Assembly (NCBI GenBank): GCA_002396005.1
Contig: DGVW01000052.1
Location: 9,148 to 73,147 of the forward strand
From: Oribacterium sp. UBA4274
GTDB lineage: Bacteria; Bacillota; Clostridia; Lachnospirales; Lachnospiraceae
Direction of reading: 5' to 3'
DNA length: 64,000 bases
In this document: positions 37,427 to 48,884 of the stretch, piece by piece
How positions within the stretch are numbered: the stretch's first letter is position 1
How the letters are laid out: every line of letters begins with the position of its first letter
Translations under genes and position numbers: made by a program
Notes under the pieces: model-generated
Told to the model about the DNA's origin: nothing
Seen by the model: only the letters and a program-made list of their open reading frames with translations
Databases searched by the model: none

Positions 37427-38848
37427 TCACTGCTCAGTAATAACTCCCTGGTCATCAATATTTATCCCTGTACTTATATCGGCAATATAAGAGTAAAAAT
37501 CAGCTTTTTCAGAAGCGTCATCCGTTTTTCTCGTATAACCTGCTCCTGATGTTCCGGGTATAAGCTGCAGTGTCAGGTCATTATCATCAGTTATGGTCAC
37601 CCTGAGTAATGCCGTCTTCGGTATGGAACTGCCGAATATAAAATTACCGAGACTATAAGCGATAGGAACATCCTTATAGTATTCAAATCCTTGCAGTACA
37701 TGTGGATGTGCGCCGATAACAAGGTCAGCTCCTGCATCAACTATTGCATGAGCAAGGGTTTTCTGAACTTCATTCGGATATTCATGACGCTCCTGACCCC
37801 AATGCATGTAAACGATCACTATATCCGCTTCATCTCTCACTGCCTTTATCTCATTGATAAGAGCTGTATCACTATACGCAGCCAGAAGTCCCGGTGAGCT
37901 TTCTCCGGCCGCCCAGTCAGCTTCCGGAATGACTCTTGTGGCACCGATAAATGCTATCCGTTTTCCCTTGATACTGACTATTACAGGTTTCCCTGCATCT
38001 GCAAGATTTTTACCTGCTCCTACATGCTTGATCCCGGCTTCATCAAGAGTCTTTACTGTATCCAGGAGCGCCTCCGTACCAAAATCAAGTGTATGATTGT
38101 TGGCGAGAGTAACAAGATCTATATCCATGTCCTTAAACATGGATACATATTTCGGATCAACCCTGAAAGTATATTGTTTATCCTTTGCCTGCTCACCTCT
38201 GTTACTGAAAGGAAACTCTTCATTGGCAACAAAATAATCCGCAGCCTCTATCTCTGCCTGATACCCTTCGGAAAGAACTCCGGATATATCATCCCCCGCT
38301 GCCTCATAGGCCTCCATCACATGGTCACTGAGATAAATGTCTCCTGCAAAAACAATTTCGACAGGCCCGCTTTCTTCACTCGTTCGGGAAACTTCAGCAT
38401 CTTCATCGCTGCCGGCATTTTTTATGTCCTCCTCAGCAACCTTTGTTTTTTCTGACGAGCTTTCCCGGGAAACCTCATCAGCATGATTACCGGAATCACC
38501 CAAAGATATTTCGGATTCCTGTATCTGCTCCGTCTCTTGGTCTATCCCAAAAATCTTTTCTTTGATACTGTTTTTTAACTCCGGATTTAGGTACACAGAA
38601 GAAATCATAATTATTTCATATACTATGACCAAAACGCCAATCAGAACAAAAAGCTTTCCCCACTTGTGGTTATGATGCTTCCTCCCTGCTTTTCCGCTTA
38701 CCTTTTCTTCCGGAATTCTTTTTCGACTTCTTCTGTAAGAAATTTTATCCGTATCATTTACATTAGAATGATTTCTTCCAATATTCTTTTTATCACTATC
38801 TTTATAATACTTTTTACTCAATACCGAACCCCTTCTTAGTAAAAACAT
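37427..38848 (-). CDS. CapA (PGA_cap) family metallophosphatase, membrane-anchored
   Basis: FAGD, ANEE, LANNHTLDFG, HWG.E, GAHPHV, YSLGNF; start may be TTG 38821. Confidence 0.9.
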   Translation of the reverse strand: MFLLRRGSVLSKKYYKDSDKKNIGRNHSNVNDTDKISYRRSRKRIPEEKVSGKAGRKHHNHKWGKLFVLIGVLVIVYEIIMISSVYLNPELKNSIKEKIFGIDQETEQIQESEISLGDSGNHADEVSRESSSEKTKVAEEDIKNAGSDEDAEVSRTSEESGPVEIVFAGDIYLSDHVMEAYEAAGDDISGVLSEGYQAEIEAADYFVANEEFPFSNRGEQAKDKQYTFRVDPKYVSMFKDMDIDLVTLANNHTLDFGTEALLDTVKTLDEAGIKHVGAGKNLADAGKPVIVSIKGKRIAFIGATRVIPEADWAAGESSPGLLAAYSDTALINEIKAVRDEADIVIVYMHWGQERHEYPNEVQKTLAHAIVDAGADLVIGAHPHVLQGFEYYKDVPIAYSLGNFIFGSSIPKTALLRVTITDDNDLTLQLIPGTSGAGYTRKTDDASEKADFYSYIADISTGINIDDQGVITEQ

Positions 38849-39024
38849 GATAGGCGCGCAAAACCATAACAGTCTCGCGCGCCTATATAATATGATGTAA
38901 AAATCAAAAGTACCAAATCACCTGGTGCACGTTGATTTGAGACTTTATGTCATCTCATCAAAAGATATAAGAATCAGTAAAACCTGACACCTTCTCTTCC
39001 GGTCAAAGAACTAAAACAGTACCA

Positions 39025-40929
39025 TCATTCCAGTTCAAATGCACCGGTATACAGCTGGTAATAATTACCCTTGGCTGCAATAAGTTCATCATGTGAACCT
39101 CTCTCAATGATCTTACCATGATCAAGAACCATGATGACATCAGAATTCTGAACTGTACTGAGTCTGTGTGCTATGACAAATACTGTACGTCCTGCCATAA
39201 GCGCATCCATACCCTTCTGTACGATTGCCTCAGTATGCGTATCGATGGATGATGTAGCCTCATCCATGATCATAACAGGCGGATCCGCAACTGCCGCACG
39301 GGCAATGGAGATAAGCTGTCTCTGACCCTGTGAAAGATTTGAACCGTTCGATAGAAGTTTTGTGTTATAACCCTCCGGAAGTCTCTGGATGAAGCTGTCT
39401 GCACCTGCAAGTCTGGCAGCCGCAATACACTCTTCATCGGTAGCATCAAGCTTACCGTATCGGATATTCTCCATAACAGTACCAGTAAAAAGAACTGTAT
39501 CCTGAAGGATGATACCGAGAGAATGTCTCAGATCTGCCTTCTTTATCTTCTTTATATCGATTCCATCATAGGTGATAACACCATCCTGTATCTCATAAAA
39601 ACGATTGATAAGGTTGGTAATGGTTGTTTTACCTGCTCCGGTTGCACCAACGAAGGCAACCTTCTGACCAGGTCTCGCAAAAACATTTACACCATGAAGA
39701 ACGGTATGGCTGCCATCATAAGAGAAATCTACATCCTTAAGTACTACATCTCCTTCAAGCTTCTTGTACTCTACGTTGCCATCCTTGTCAGTTCTCTTCC
39801 ATGCCCAGCTCTCAGTATGTTCTGTAGTCTCTACAATCCTGCCATCCAACTCGCGGCACTTGACCAGAACAACATCGCCTTCATCTTCCTCTGCCTTTTC
39901 ATCCATAAGTGTGAAAAGGCGGCCTGCGCCTGCAAGCCCCATGACTACGGCATTGATCTGCTGAGAGATACCACCGATCTGTCCTGCGAACTGCTTCTCC
40001 ATGTTCAGGAAAGGAACAGTAATACTGATGCTGAGTGCCATGCCGCTCAGACTTAGGTTCGGAACCTTGAGAAGCAAAAGGGCACCCCCGACAAATGCAA
40101 GTACAACATACAAAATATTTCCGATATTACCGAGTATAGGCATAAGAGTATTGGCATACTTGTTAGCTCTCTCCGCAACTCTGAAAAGCTCATCGTTTAT
40201 CTTGTCGAAATCCTCTTCAGCCTGAGTCTCATGGTTAAACACCTTTATGACCTTCTGACCGTTCATCATCTCTTCGATGAATCCCTCTGTCTTGGCGAGA
40301 GCTCCCTGCTGTTTCATGAAGTACTTGCTGGAGCCTCCTCCGACCTTTTTAACAACTCTGGTCATGATGGTTACACCACCAACTACAACGATTGCAAGCC
40401 AGATGCTGTAATACATCATAAGTGAGAAAATAGTTATGATGGTAACTCCCGATACCAGGAGCTGAGGTATGGCAACAGAGATAAGCTGTCTCAATGTATC
40501 TACATCGTTTGTGTAGTATGACATGATATCTCCGTGCTCATGCTGGTCAAAATATCTGATAGGCAGATCCTGCATGCCATCAAACATAAGTACACGAAGT
40601 TTCTTGAGGGATCCCTGAGTGATTATTGCCATGCACTGATTATAGACAAAACCGGCAATAAGAGATATCACATAGAGTCCTGCAAGAGTGAAAACGCTTG
40701 CCATGATCTGTCCTGATACCTTGTCCCAGTCACCGGTACGCCAGTTGGCCTCGATAAGTGCGATAACCTTCTGCTGAAACACTGACGGTATGGCACTGAC
40801 TACGGCATTGATCAGTATGCATAGGATGGTAAATGGCAGTAAACGGGGATAAAACTTGAATAAGAGCTTGATAAGTCTCAAAGCTGTACCCTTTTTAGGA
40901 AGTGCTCTTGGTGCATTTGGTCTTTTCAT
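39025..40929 (-). CDS. ABC exporter half-transporter (TMD+NBD), consensus-site subunit
   Basis: GATGAGKTT, LSQGQRQ, IMDEA, AHR. Confidence 0.93.
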   Translation of the reverse strand: MKRPNAPRALPKKGTALRLIKLLFKFYPRLLPFTILCILINAVVSAIPSVFQQKVIALIEANWRTGDWDKVSGQIMASVFTLAGLYVISLIAGFVYNQCMAIITQGSLKKLRVLMFDGMQDLPIRYFDQHEHGDIMSYYTNDVDTLRQLISVAIPQLLVSGVTIITIFSLMMYYSIWLAIVVVGGVTIMTRVVKKVGGGSSKYFMKQQGALAKTEGFIEEMMNGQKVIKVFNHETQAEEDFDKINDELFRVAERANKYANTLMPILGNIGNILYVVLAFVGGALLLLKVPNLSLSGMALSISITVPFLNMEKQFAGQIGGISQQINAVVMGLAGAGRLFTLMDEKAEEDEGDVVLVKCRELDGRIVETTEHTESWAWKRTDKDGNVEYKKLEGDVVLKDVDFSYDGSHTVLHGVNVFARPGQKVAFVGATGAGKTTITNLINRFYEIQDGVITYDGIDIKKIKKADLRHSLGIILQDTVLFTGTVMENIRYGKLDATDEECIAAARLAGADSFIQRLPEGYNTKLLSNGSNLSQGQRQLISIARAAVADPPVMIMDEATSSIDTHTEAIVQKGMDALMAGRTVFVIAHRLSTVQNSDVIMVLDHGKIIERGSHDELIAAKGNYYQLYTGAFELE

Positions 40930-42707
40930 CAGTTTTCACCTCCCTTGTTTGCTGCATCTGTGGCCTGCTCACCGGTAACTTTGTTCTGTGAGTAATAGAG
41001 ATCCTGATATGTCTCATTTCTGCCGAGAAGCTCCTCGTGAGTTCCGATATCCTGAATCTTGCCGCCATCAAGGATGAGAATACGATCTGCATCCTGTACG
41101 GAAGAAACACGCTGTGCGATGATGATCTTTGTTGTCTCAGGAATAAACTCCTTAAAGCCCTTACGAATCAATGCATCTGTCTTGGTATCAACTGCTGAGG
41201 TTGAATCATCGAGTATGAGCACCTTTGGTTTCTTGAGAAGCGAACGTGCAATACAAAGTCTCTGCTTCTGACCGCCGGAGACATTGGTACCTCCCTGAGT
41301 GATCAATGTGTCATACTTGTTAGGAAATCTCTCTACAAACTCATCTGCCTGAGCAAGCTTACATGCTTCGATGATCTCCTCATCTGTGGCCTTAGGATTG
41401 CCCCAACGAAGATTTTCCTTGATAGTGCCTGAGAAAAGCACATTTTTCTGTAGAACTACAGACACCTGATCTCTAAGTGTCTTAAGGTCATAGGCCTTTA
41501 CATCAACGCCGCCGACTCTGACCGTTCCTTCAGTAACATCATAAAGTCTCGGTATGAGCTGGATAAATGATGACTTTGATGAACCGGTACCACCGATGAC
41601 ACCGATAGTCTCTCCGGACTTGATGTGGAGATCGATATCTGAAAGAACATATTTCTCCGCAGTCTTGGAATATTTAAAACTTACATTGTCAAAATCTATG
41701 GAACCGTCCTGAACACTCATAACCGGATCTGCCGGACTTCTGAGAGTACTCTCCTCTCTGAGTACCTCTGCGATACGCTCCGAAGACTCTGCTGCCAGAG
41801 TGACCATAACAAAGATCATGCTGAGCATCATAAGAGATATGAGTATCTGGAAACTATAGGTGAGCAGTGCTGAGAACTGTCCTACATCGAGATCCGCACC
41901 TCTTGTTGTGATGATGGTGTATGATCCATAGCTCAGTACAAAGATCATAACCACATACAGGCAGAACTGCATGAGTGGGTTGTTGATAGCGAGGATTCTT
42001 TCAGCCTTTGTGAAATCCTTCTGTACATCTGTTGCTGCTCTGTCGAACTTTTCCTTCTCGTATTCTTCACGTACAAATGACTTCACAACGCGCATGCCTG
42101 TAACATTTTCCTGAACAGAATCGTTTAGGGCATCATACTTTTTAAATACCGCACGGAAAAGCGGCATAACCATCCTGATAACTGAAAAGAGTCCAATCGC
42201 AAGGATAGGGATAACCGCAACAAAAATCCATGCCATCCTTCCGCCCATGATAAATGCTGTCGTAAATGAAAAGATCAGCATAACAGGTGCCCTGAATCCA
42301 ATACGGATAAGCATCATAAATGCGAGCTGAACATTCTGAATATCTGTTGTCATACGTGTAACCAGTGAACTGGTCTGGAATCTGTCAATGTTCTCGAACG
42401 AGAAATCCTGAATTCTATAGAAGATATCCTTACGAAGGTTTCTGGAAAAACCGGTAGCTGCCGTTGCACTGGCATTACCTGCCATAACACCAAGCGACAG
42501 TGAAAGCATGGCAAGTACTATAAGCACCAGGCCATATTTTGTGATTACATCCATACCGCATCCAGCTTTTATCTCATTGATGAGCTTAGCTGTGACAAAT
42601 GGAATGATTGTTTCCATAAGTGATTCAAGAACAACGAAAACCGGTGATTTCATCGCAGGAATCCTGAACTCTCTTATGGACTTTGATAGTGTCTTTATAA
42701 CGTCCAT
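40929..42707 (-). CDS. ABC exporter half-transporter, degenerate-site subunit
   Basis: GGTGSSKSS, VSGGQKQR, ILDDS, AQR; stop overlaps the next start. Confidence 0.93.
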   Translation of the reverse strand: MDVIKTLSKSIREFRIPAMKSPVFVVLESLMETIIPFVTAKLINEIKAGCGMDVITKYGLVLIVLAMLSLSLGVMAGNASATAATGFSRNLRKDIFYRIQDFSFENIDRFQTSSLVTRMTTDIQNVQLAFMMLIRIGFRAPVMLIFSFTTAFIMGGRMAWIFVAVIPILAIGLFSVIRMVMPLFRAVFKKYDALNDSVQENVTGMRVVKSFVREEYEKEKFDRAATDVQKDFTKAERILAINNPLMQFCLYVVMIFVLSYGSYTIITTRGADLDVGQFSALLTYSFQILISLMMLSMIFVMVTLAAESSERIAEVLREESTLRSPADPVMSVQDGSIDFDNVSFKYSKTAEKYVLSDIDLHIKSGETIGVIGGTGSSKSSFIQLIPRLYDVTEGTVRVGGVDVKAYDLKTLRDQVSVVLQKNVLFSGTIKENLRWGNPKATDEEIIEACKLAQADEFVERFPNKYDTLITQGGTNVSGGQKQRLCIARSLLKKPKVLILDDSTSAVDTKTDALIRKGFKEFIPETTKIIIAQRVSSVQDADRILILDGGKIQDIGTHEELLGRNETYQDLYYSQNKVTGEQATDAANKGGEN

Positions 42708-43028
42708 TCAAACTCCTTCCATCTTATAAAATATGCCTGTGAAAACACAGGACCGGGTACCGCATATATACTAAGCCCTATGGCAAAGTCAATTGCGTAA
42801 CCCGACTATACTAATAGATTGTGCAAAACATTTCAATGACTTTATAAAAAATTAATGATGTTGCACCTTATAGTATACAAAAGTCAAGAGCAGTCGGTGC
42901 ATCGATCTGTGCGATACCCAACTGCTCTTTCATAATAATCTATCCCCTACTATCGAACCGGTTCACGTACATTCTCCGGTTTCTATACGCTGTATTTTCA
43001 TCCCCCTAAAATGACGCAGCGCCTGTAT

Positions 43029-43646
43029 TTAATCTTCCTTAGGATTTTTTGTGACATCCTTGGTCCTACAGATGTTGTAAATGATGTCAACGCAATTATC
43101 CACTCCGAGCGTTCCTGCATCCAAAGTCAGGTCATAGTTCTGGCATTTGCCCCACTCCTGCTCGGTGTAATATCTATAATTGAACTTACGCTTTTTATCC
43201 ATATCCTTAAGCATCTTATCTGTATGCTCCGGATCCTTGTAAATACGTGTTATGCGGTCTTTTCTGCGCTCAAGACTTGCATGGATAAATACATTTAAAA
43301 CATCTTTTCTGTCACCGAGGATATAGTCTGCACAACGTCCGACTATAACACATGGGCCTTTAGCTACCAGCTCAAGTATGACCTCACGCTGTTTTGACCA
43401 GAGATAATCCTCCGGACTCATGCCGTAGCTGTTTCTTGCAGAGAATGAATACTCTATCCAGTTCTTGGCATTAGCATACTCACCCTGCTTTTTAACATAT
43501 TCTTCAGCAAAACCTGTTTTAAATGCTGTCTGTTCGATTATTTCCTTATCATATAGAGGGATTCCAAGTTTATCAGCAAGTTTCTTACCTACCTCACGAC
43601 CGCCGGAACCGTATTCTCTTGAAATTGTCACATAGTTTATGCTCAT
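43029..43646 (-). CDS. cytidylate kinase-like family protein
   Basis: TISREYGSGG P-loop, VIVGRCADYIL, DKKR..Y.YYT..WG. Confidence 0.88.
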   Translation of the reverse strand: MSINYVTISREYGSGGREVGKKLADKLGIPLYDKEIIEQTAFKTGFAEEYVKKQGEYANAKNWIEYSFSARNSYGMSPEDYLWSKQREVILELVAKGPCVIVGRCADYILGDRKDVLNVFIHASLERRKDRITRIYKDPEHTDKMLKDMDKKRKFNYRYYTEQEWGKCQNYDLTLDAGTLGVDNCVDIIYNICRTKDVTKNPKED

Positions 43647-43712
43647 AATGTCACCTTCTTCCGATTCTGTTTTTAGTCACGATACATCTGACTCTATTTT
43701 AACATTATGATT

Positions 43713-44381
43713 TCAGTGATTCAACATTTGCAAAAATAAATTTCGATAGCTCCATATCATCCAGAGTACTACGCTCATGCCCCAGCCCAATGCAACATCT
43801 ATGATGGAATGCTGCTTTATGAGCATGGTTGAAAGACATATGAGGATTGCAACTATGGTTTCGGCATTTTTGTATCCGGTCTTTATATAGCGGCACTCTC
43901 TGACAACTATATCGATGGCAACTGTACTCGACACATGCATGCTTGGACAGACATTTCTCGGCGGGTCTATGGATCTGAGCCATAACACGGCTCTTGAGAA
44001 TATGTCCGTTGACTCGATTGGTTCTCTTAGCCTGAGTCCATTAGGCACCAGTGTATATACCACCATGCAGATGGTATACCCTGAGAACAAAATAAAGCAG
44101 AGCTTCAGAAAATCCTGCCTGCTTCCCCAGAAGAGGAAGTACAAGAGTGCTCCCGGAAAAAGCACCCACCAGAATCCATAGGGAATAAAAAATGCCGGTA
44201 TAGTCGGAATCATCCTGTCAATAGGAGTTTCTATGATATGAACCGCCTCAACCGGAATCTTCCGGAGCTGCAGCACAGCAAAATAAGCAAGGTAAACCGG
44301 CAGATATAAAAGCCATAGAGCATATCTGTTCCTATCTATATATTTCACCGGTGATTTTACAAAACTTCTAAGCTTTTCCAT
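43713..44381 (-). CDS. PAP2-superfamily membrane phosphatase/phosphotransferase
   Basis: Multi-TM; NVCPSMHV and KQHS..D motifs; likely start ATG 44381. Confidence 0.82.
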   Translation of the reverse strand: MEKLRSFVKSPVKYIDRNRYALWLLYLPVYLAYFAVLQLRKIPVEAVHIIETPIDRMIPTIPAFFIPYGFWWVLFPGALLYFLFWGSRQDFLKLCFILFSGYTICMVVYTLVPNGLRLREPIESTDIFSRAVLWLRSIDPPRNVCPSMHVSSTVAIDIVVRECRYIKTGYKNAETIVAILICLSTMLIKQHSIIDVALGWGMSVVLWMIWSYRNLFLQMLNH

Positions 44382-44395
44382 TGCTTTTCCTCTCA

Positions 44396-46171
44396 TCAGC
44401 TTGCAGCAAACTGGCTGTTGTAAAGCGTTGAGTAGAAGCCTCCTCGGGCAAGAAGCTCCTCATGTCTGCCCTGCTCTATGATATTACCGTCTTTCAAAAC
44501 CAGTATCAGATCTGCATTTCTTATAGTAGATAAACGATGAGCAACGATAAAGGTGGTTCTGCCTTCCATCATCTGATCAAATGCCTGCTGTATATGAAGC
44601 TCTGTTCTGGTATCTATAGACGAGGTTGCCTCATCCAGGATGAGCATAGGCGGAAGTCTGAGCATTAGCCTTGCAATACAGAGAAGCTGCTTCTGTCCCT
44701 GACTGAGTGAACCACCGTCCTCCGAAAGTACTGTATCATATCCCTGCGGCAGTCGGCGGATAAATCCATCACAGTGAGCTTTTTTGGCAGCCGCGATAAC
44801 TTCTTCCATAGTTGCATCAGGTTTTCCGTAGGAAATGTTTCTGCGGATAGTGGTTGATTTCAGCCACGTCTCCTGCAGTACCATACCGAAATTGTTGCGC
44901 AGGCTCTCTCTTGTGACCTCGCGGTTGTCGTGGCCATCGACTCTGATTGAGCCTTTATCCGGCTCGTAAAATCTCATGAGAAGATTGATAAGGGTAGATT
45001 TTCCGCAGCCTGTAGGTCCAACTATAGCCACAGTTTCACCCGGTTTTACGTGAATGTTTATGTCCGTGAGAAGTTCCTTACTCTTATCGTAGGAGAACCA
45101 CAGGTGCTCGATATCAACTTTACCTTCAAGCTCCTCATCTGCTCCAAGTACAGCGGCTCCCTCTGCATCCGGAGCCAAAGGTTTTTCATCGATAATCTCG
45201 AATACCCGGGTTGCTGATGCTATGGCATTCTGCAGCTCCGTAACAACACCGGATATCTCGTTGAAGGGTTTTGTGTACTGATTCGCATAACTAAGGAATG
45301 ACACAAGCTCACCAACTGTTACAAGGGCGTGAATCGCCAGTACTGCACCACTTACTCCTACCGCCGCATAAACTATAGCGTTTATACATCTTGTGGAAGG
45401 GTTAACAAGGGATGACACAAAGGTAGCTTTGAAACTATATTCCGAAAGAGTGGCATTTATCCTTTCAAATTGGGCCTCTGCCTTCTCTTCATGAGAAAAT
45501 GCTTTTACAACTTTTAAATTGCCGAGCATTTCCTCTGTAAATGCAGTTATCTCTCCTCTGCTCTCGGACTGACGTCTGAACAGGCTGTAGGTAGTCTTGG
45601 CTATGAGACTTGCAACGACAAAGCTTAAAGGGGTCAATACTATAACAAGAACAGTTATCCTGGGTTCGATAGAAAACATAAATGCCAATGTCCCGAGTAT
45701 AGTGAGCACACCTGTAAAAAGCTGGGTAAATCCCATGAGAAGCCCCTGTGAGAACTGATCGATATCTGCAATTATACGGCTCGTCAGATCACCTGCCGGA
45801 TGCTTATCCAGATAACTTACCGGCAGAACTTCGATATGGTTGAATGCCTTGGTCCTGATATCTTCCACAACCCTGAAGGTGACGACATTGTTTATGTGAT
45901 TCATGAGCCATTGTGAAAGGGCTGTCAGGACGATGAGGATGCACATTAGTTTCAGGGTTCCGAAGAGATGGATCCAGTCAACCTCTCCCTTGCCTACGAT
46001 AGTGTCTACAGCATCACCTGTAAGAACCGGTATATAGAGGGTCAGAACTACTGTAATTGCAGCAAATATGATGGAAAGAACAACCAGATGGATGTACTTT
46101 TTTATATACCTCATAATTCGTTCTATGGTACGACGATCTTCAGCCGTCATCTTTCTTGGTTTCTTTGCCAT
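44396..46171 (-). CDS. ABC exporter half-transporter, consensus-site subunit
   Basis: GPTGCGKST, LSQGQKQ, ILDEA, AHR. Confidence 0.93.
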   Translation of the reverse strand: MAKKPRKMTAEDRRTIERIMRYIKKYIHLVVLSIIFAAITVVLTLYIPVLTGDAVDTIVGKGEVDWIHLFGTLKLMCILIVLTALSQWLMNHINNVVTFRVVEDIRTKAFNHIEVLPVSYLDKHPAGDLTSRIIADIDQFSQGLLMGFTQLFTGVLTILGTLAFMFSIEPRITVLVIVLTPLSFVVASLIAKTTYSLFRRQSESRGEITAFTEEMLGNLKVVKAFSHEEKAEAQFERINATLSEYSFKATFVSSLVNPSTRCINAIVYAAVGVSGAVLAIHALVTVGELVSFLSYANQYTKPFNEISGVVTELQNAIASATRVFEIIDEKPLAPDAEGAAVLGADEELEGKVDIEHLWFSYDKSKELLTDINIHVKPGETVAIVGPTGCGKSTLINLLMRFYEPDKGSIRVDGHDNREVTRESLRNNFGMVLQETWLKSTTIRRNISYGKPDATMEEVIAAAKKAHCDGFIRRLPQGYDTVLSEDGGSLSQGQKQLLCIARLMLRLPPMLILDEATSSIDTRTELHIQQAFDQMMEGRTTFIVAHRLSTIRNADLILVLKDGNIIEQGRHEELLARGGFYSTLYNSQFAAS

Positions 46172-47943
46172 CAGTCTGCCTCCTTTCCTGCAGCCTCATC
46201 TTTTTTAAGCTGTGACAGACATATCTCTCTGTAAACCTCGCAGTTTCTGTAGAGTTCATCATGAGTGCCTATGCCGGCAATATTACCATCATCCAGAACT
46301 ATAATCTTGTCTGAGTTGCGGACTGTTGATACTCTCTGGGATATGATGAATACAGTCATGTTTTCAGTGTCACGCTTTATAGCGCTGCGGAGGGCTGCAT
46401 CTGTTGCAAAATCAAGGGCTGATGCCGAATCGTCAAGTATCAGGATCTCCGGATTACGAACTATGGCTCTTGCGATTGCAAGTCTCTGCTTCTGACCTCC
46501 TGAAAAGTTTCTGCCTTCCTGCTCTACTTTGAGCCTGAGACCTACTCCCTTTTGTTTAACAAAATCATAAGCCTGAGCTGTTTTTAATGCAGCAATGATT
46601 TCTTCATCAGTGGCATCCTCCTTGCCCCATTGCATATTCTCTCTCAGAGTTCCACGGAAAAGCACACTTCTCTGAGGGACGATTCCGATTTTCTTCCTGA
46701 GTTCAGAAAGTGCATAACTCTTTACCGGTTTTCCATCGATATCTATCTCACCACTGGTCACGTCATAAAATCTCGGTATGAGGTTTATCAGCGTCGTCTT
46801 ACCTGAACCGGTTCCTCCGATGACACCTATGGTTTCGCCACGAGAAACATCAAATGTTATAGAACTTAATGCCGGTTCTGATCCCTCTGTGTATGAGAAG
46901 CTGACATTTCTGAAAGATACCTTTGGCGCATTTCCGATACTGCTATTTGCGTTTTGAGTGAGAGCTGTTTCAAGAGAAACATCAGCCGACTCCACAACAC
47001 TCGGCTTTACGCTGAAGACTCCGTCTATACGGTTCATACTTGCCATGGCGCGTGTTACCTGAACAACAAGGTTTGCAAGTTTTATAAGCTCTACAAGTAT
47101 CTGGGACATATAGTTTACAAGAGCGACAAGTGCTCCCTGAGTGATGGCGCCGGCGAATACGAAATTGGCGCCTCTGTATATAAGGTAAACTATTGAAAGA
47201 TTGATGATAACGTATGTTACAGGATTCAGAAGTGCTGATATACGTCCGACACTTACCTGCATCTCCGTAAGTCTATCGTTTTCTCTCCTGAACTGTTCGA
47301 TTTCCGACTGCTGACGATTAAAGGCACGAACCACTCTTACGCCCAGAAGATTTTCTCTTGTGGTCTTCATGATCTTATCAAGCTGTGTCTGATTGTTTTT
47401 GTACATCGGTGAAGTAGTAAGTATGATTCCAAAAACAACCAGAAACAGGACTGTGATCGTAACTGCAAAAATGACGCCTGCCTTAACATTGATGGTAAAG
47501 GCCATGATCATGGCTCCGAAAACGATAAACGGAGACCTCATGAAAAGTCTGAGAACCATGTTTACGCCGCTTTCAACAGCATTGATATCTGAGGTCATTC
47601 TGGTTATCAGTGTACTTGTGCCAAGGGCATCTATATCCTTATAGGAAAGGGAATTTATGTGTTTGAAAAGGTCATTTCTCAGACCCTTTCCGGTATGGAT
47701 AGCCACTTTAGCCGCGAAATACTGTGCTGTCAGTGAACTTGCAAGTCCTACCGCCGAAAGCAATATAAGCATCAGTCCCATCCTGATCACATATCCCATA
47801 TCGTTATTACGTATACCAATATCTATCATGCTGGATATAACAAGCGGCACGAACAATTCAAAACATGCCTCAAGACACTTGAAAAGGGGTGCCAGAATCG
47901 CTTTAACTTTATAGTCTCTAATATAAGACAATAATCTCTTCAC
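46171..47943 (-). CDS. ABC exporter half-transporter, degenerate-site subunit
   Basis: GGTGSGKTT, FSGGQKQR, ILDDS, SQR; GTG start with GGAGG RBS. Confidence 0.93.
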   Translation of the reverse strand: MKRLLSYIRDYKVKAILAPLFKCLEACFELFVPLVISSMIDIGIRNNDMGYVIRMGLMLILLSAVGLASSLTAQYFAAKVAIHTGKGLRNDLFKHINSLSYKDIDALGTSTLITRMTSDINAVESGVNMVLRLFMRSPFIVFGAMIMAFTINVKAGVIFAVTITVLFLVVFGIILTTSPMYKNNQTQLDKIMKTTRENLLGVRVVRAFNRQQSEIEQFRRENDRLTEMQVSVGRISALLNPVTYVIINLSIVYLIYRGANFVFAGAITQGALVALVNYMSQILVELIKLANLVVQVTRAMASMNRIDGVFSVKPSVVESADVSLETALTQNANSSIGNAPKVSFRNVSFSYTEGSEPALSSITFDVSRGETIGVIGGTGSGKTTLINLIPRFYDVTSGEIDIDGKPVKSYALSELRKKIGIVPQRSVLFRGTLRENMQWGKEDATDEEIIAALKTAQAYDFVKQKGVGLRLKVEQEGRNFSGGQKQRLAIARAIVRNPEILILDDSASALDFATDAALRSAIKRDTENMTVFIISQRVSTVRNSDKIIVLDDGNIAGIGTHDELYRNCEVYREICLSQLKKDEAAGKEAD

Positions 47944-48042
47944 TCTTTGCCTTACCTCCTGATGTAAAAAAGTCTGTCATGGCATAACTACCAAAGCCCC
48001 ATTATAACCCCTTTGTCAATATATGTCGCTTTTGACATGAAA

Positions 48043-48747
48043 CTACGCTTCCGTCACATTCACTTCTATATCATTTCCATTTGGTTCTTTTATCACCATT
48101 GAACCTTCCGGTGAGTAAAAAGTACATTTATTTATGTTGAGCTTTGCGCCGTCAACATTTGCATAATCTTCTGAAGAATGAACAAATAGTGCACCCAGAT
48201 TCCATCCGGTGCCAAAAGCCTGTGTTCCTCTGTTTTCAAATCGGCAGTTGTTGAAGGTAACTTCACTGTCATACGTCATCCCCATCCCAACACCTGCTGT
48301 CTGATATGAAATAAATTTACACTCATTAAAAACCATATGCATCGAACCGTAGTCCGCATGAACTGCATATGCCCCCTTATCATTAGGCTCTACTACATTT
48401 TCCGGATGAGATGCTATAAACTGTATATTCTGAACTATACCATGAAGCCTAAGTTCAGCAGCAGGTGAACTATAGTATCCGGAATCACTTTCCACCGTAA
48501 CATCTCCATGTCCAATAAGGCTTATATATCTCTCGGCTTTATCTATGTTGGACCTGGCAGAAAACTTACCATACTTTCCGGGAGACATATAAATAGTCAC
48601 CTTATTTGATTCACTGTCTCCACAGTTATCTATGATACTTTGAATATCATCCTGCGGTGTGACCTGAAACTGAGTGTCAGCTCTACCCTGAATACTTATG
48701 CATAAACAAATCGAAGCTACCGAAACCGCAAATTTAAAGACATTCAT
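48043..48747 (-). CDS. secreted pectin-lyase-like (right-handed beta-helix) protein
   Basis: Signal peptide; IQSIID...TIY..PG.Y start typical of beta-helices, repeated (F/I)N.C.F rungs, YAVH.D. Confidence 0.6.
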   Translation of the reverse strand: MNVFKFAVSVASICLCISIQGRADTQFQVTPQDDIQSIIDNCGDSESNKVTIYMSPGKYGKFSARSNIDKAERYISLIGHGDVTVESDSGYYSSPAAELRLHGIVQNIQFIASHPENVVEPNDKGAYAVHADYGSMHMVFNECKFISYQTAGVGMGMTYDSEVTFNNCRFENRGTQAFGTGWNLGALFVHSSEDYANVDGAKLNINKCTFYSPEGSMVIKEPNGNDIEVNVTEA

Positions 48748-48884
48748 TCTTATGAACTCCTTCTATACCACCTAAAAAACTTCACTGAAACTTATTCCGC
48801 AGTAAATGATACTTTTATTTTGCAAACAAATCAATATTTTTAATAGTTTTTATAATTACTCTGTGCCTGCAAAGTGAGACTTTG

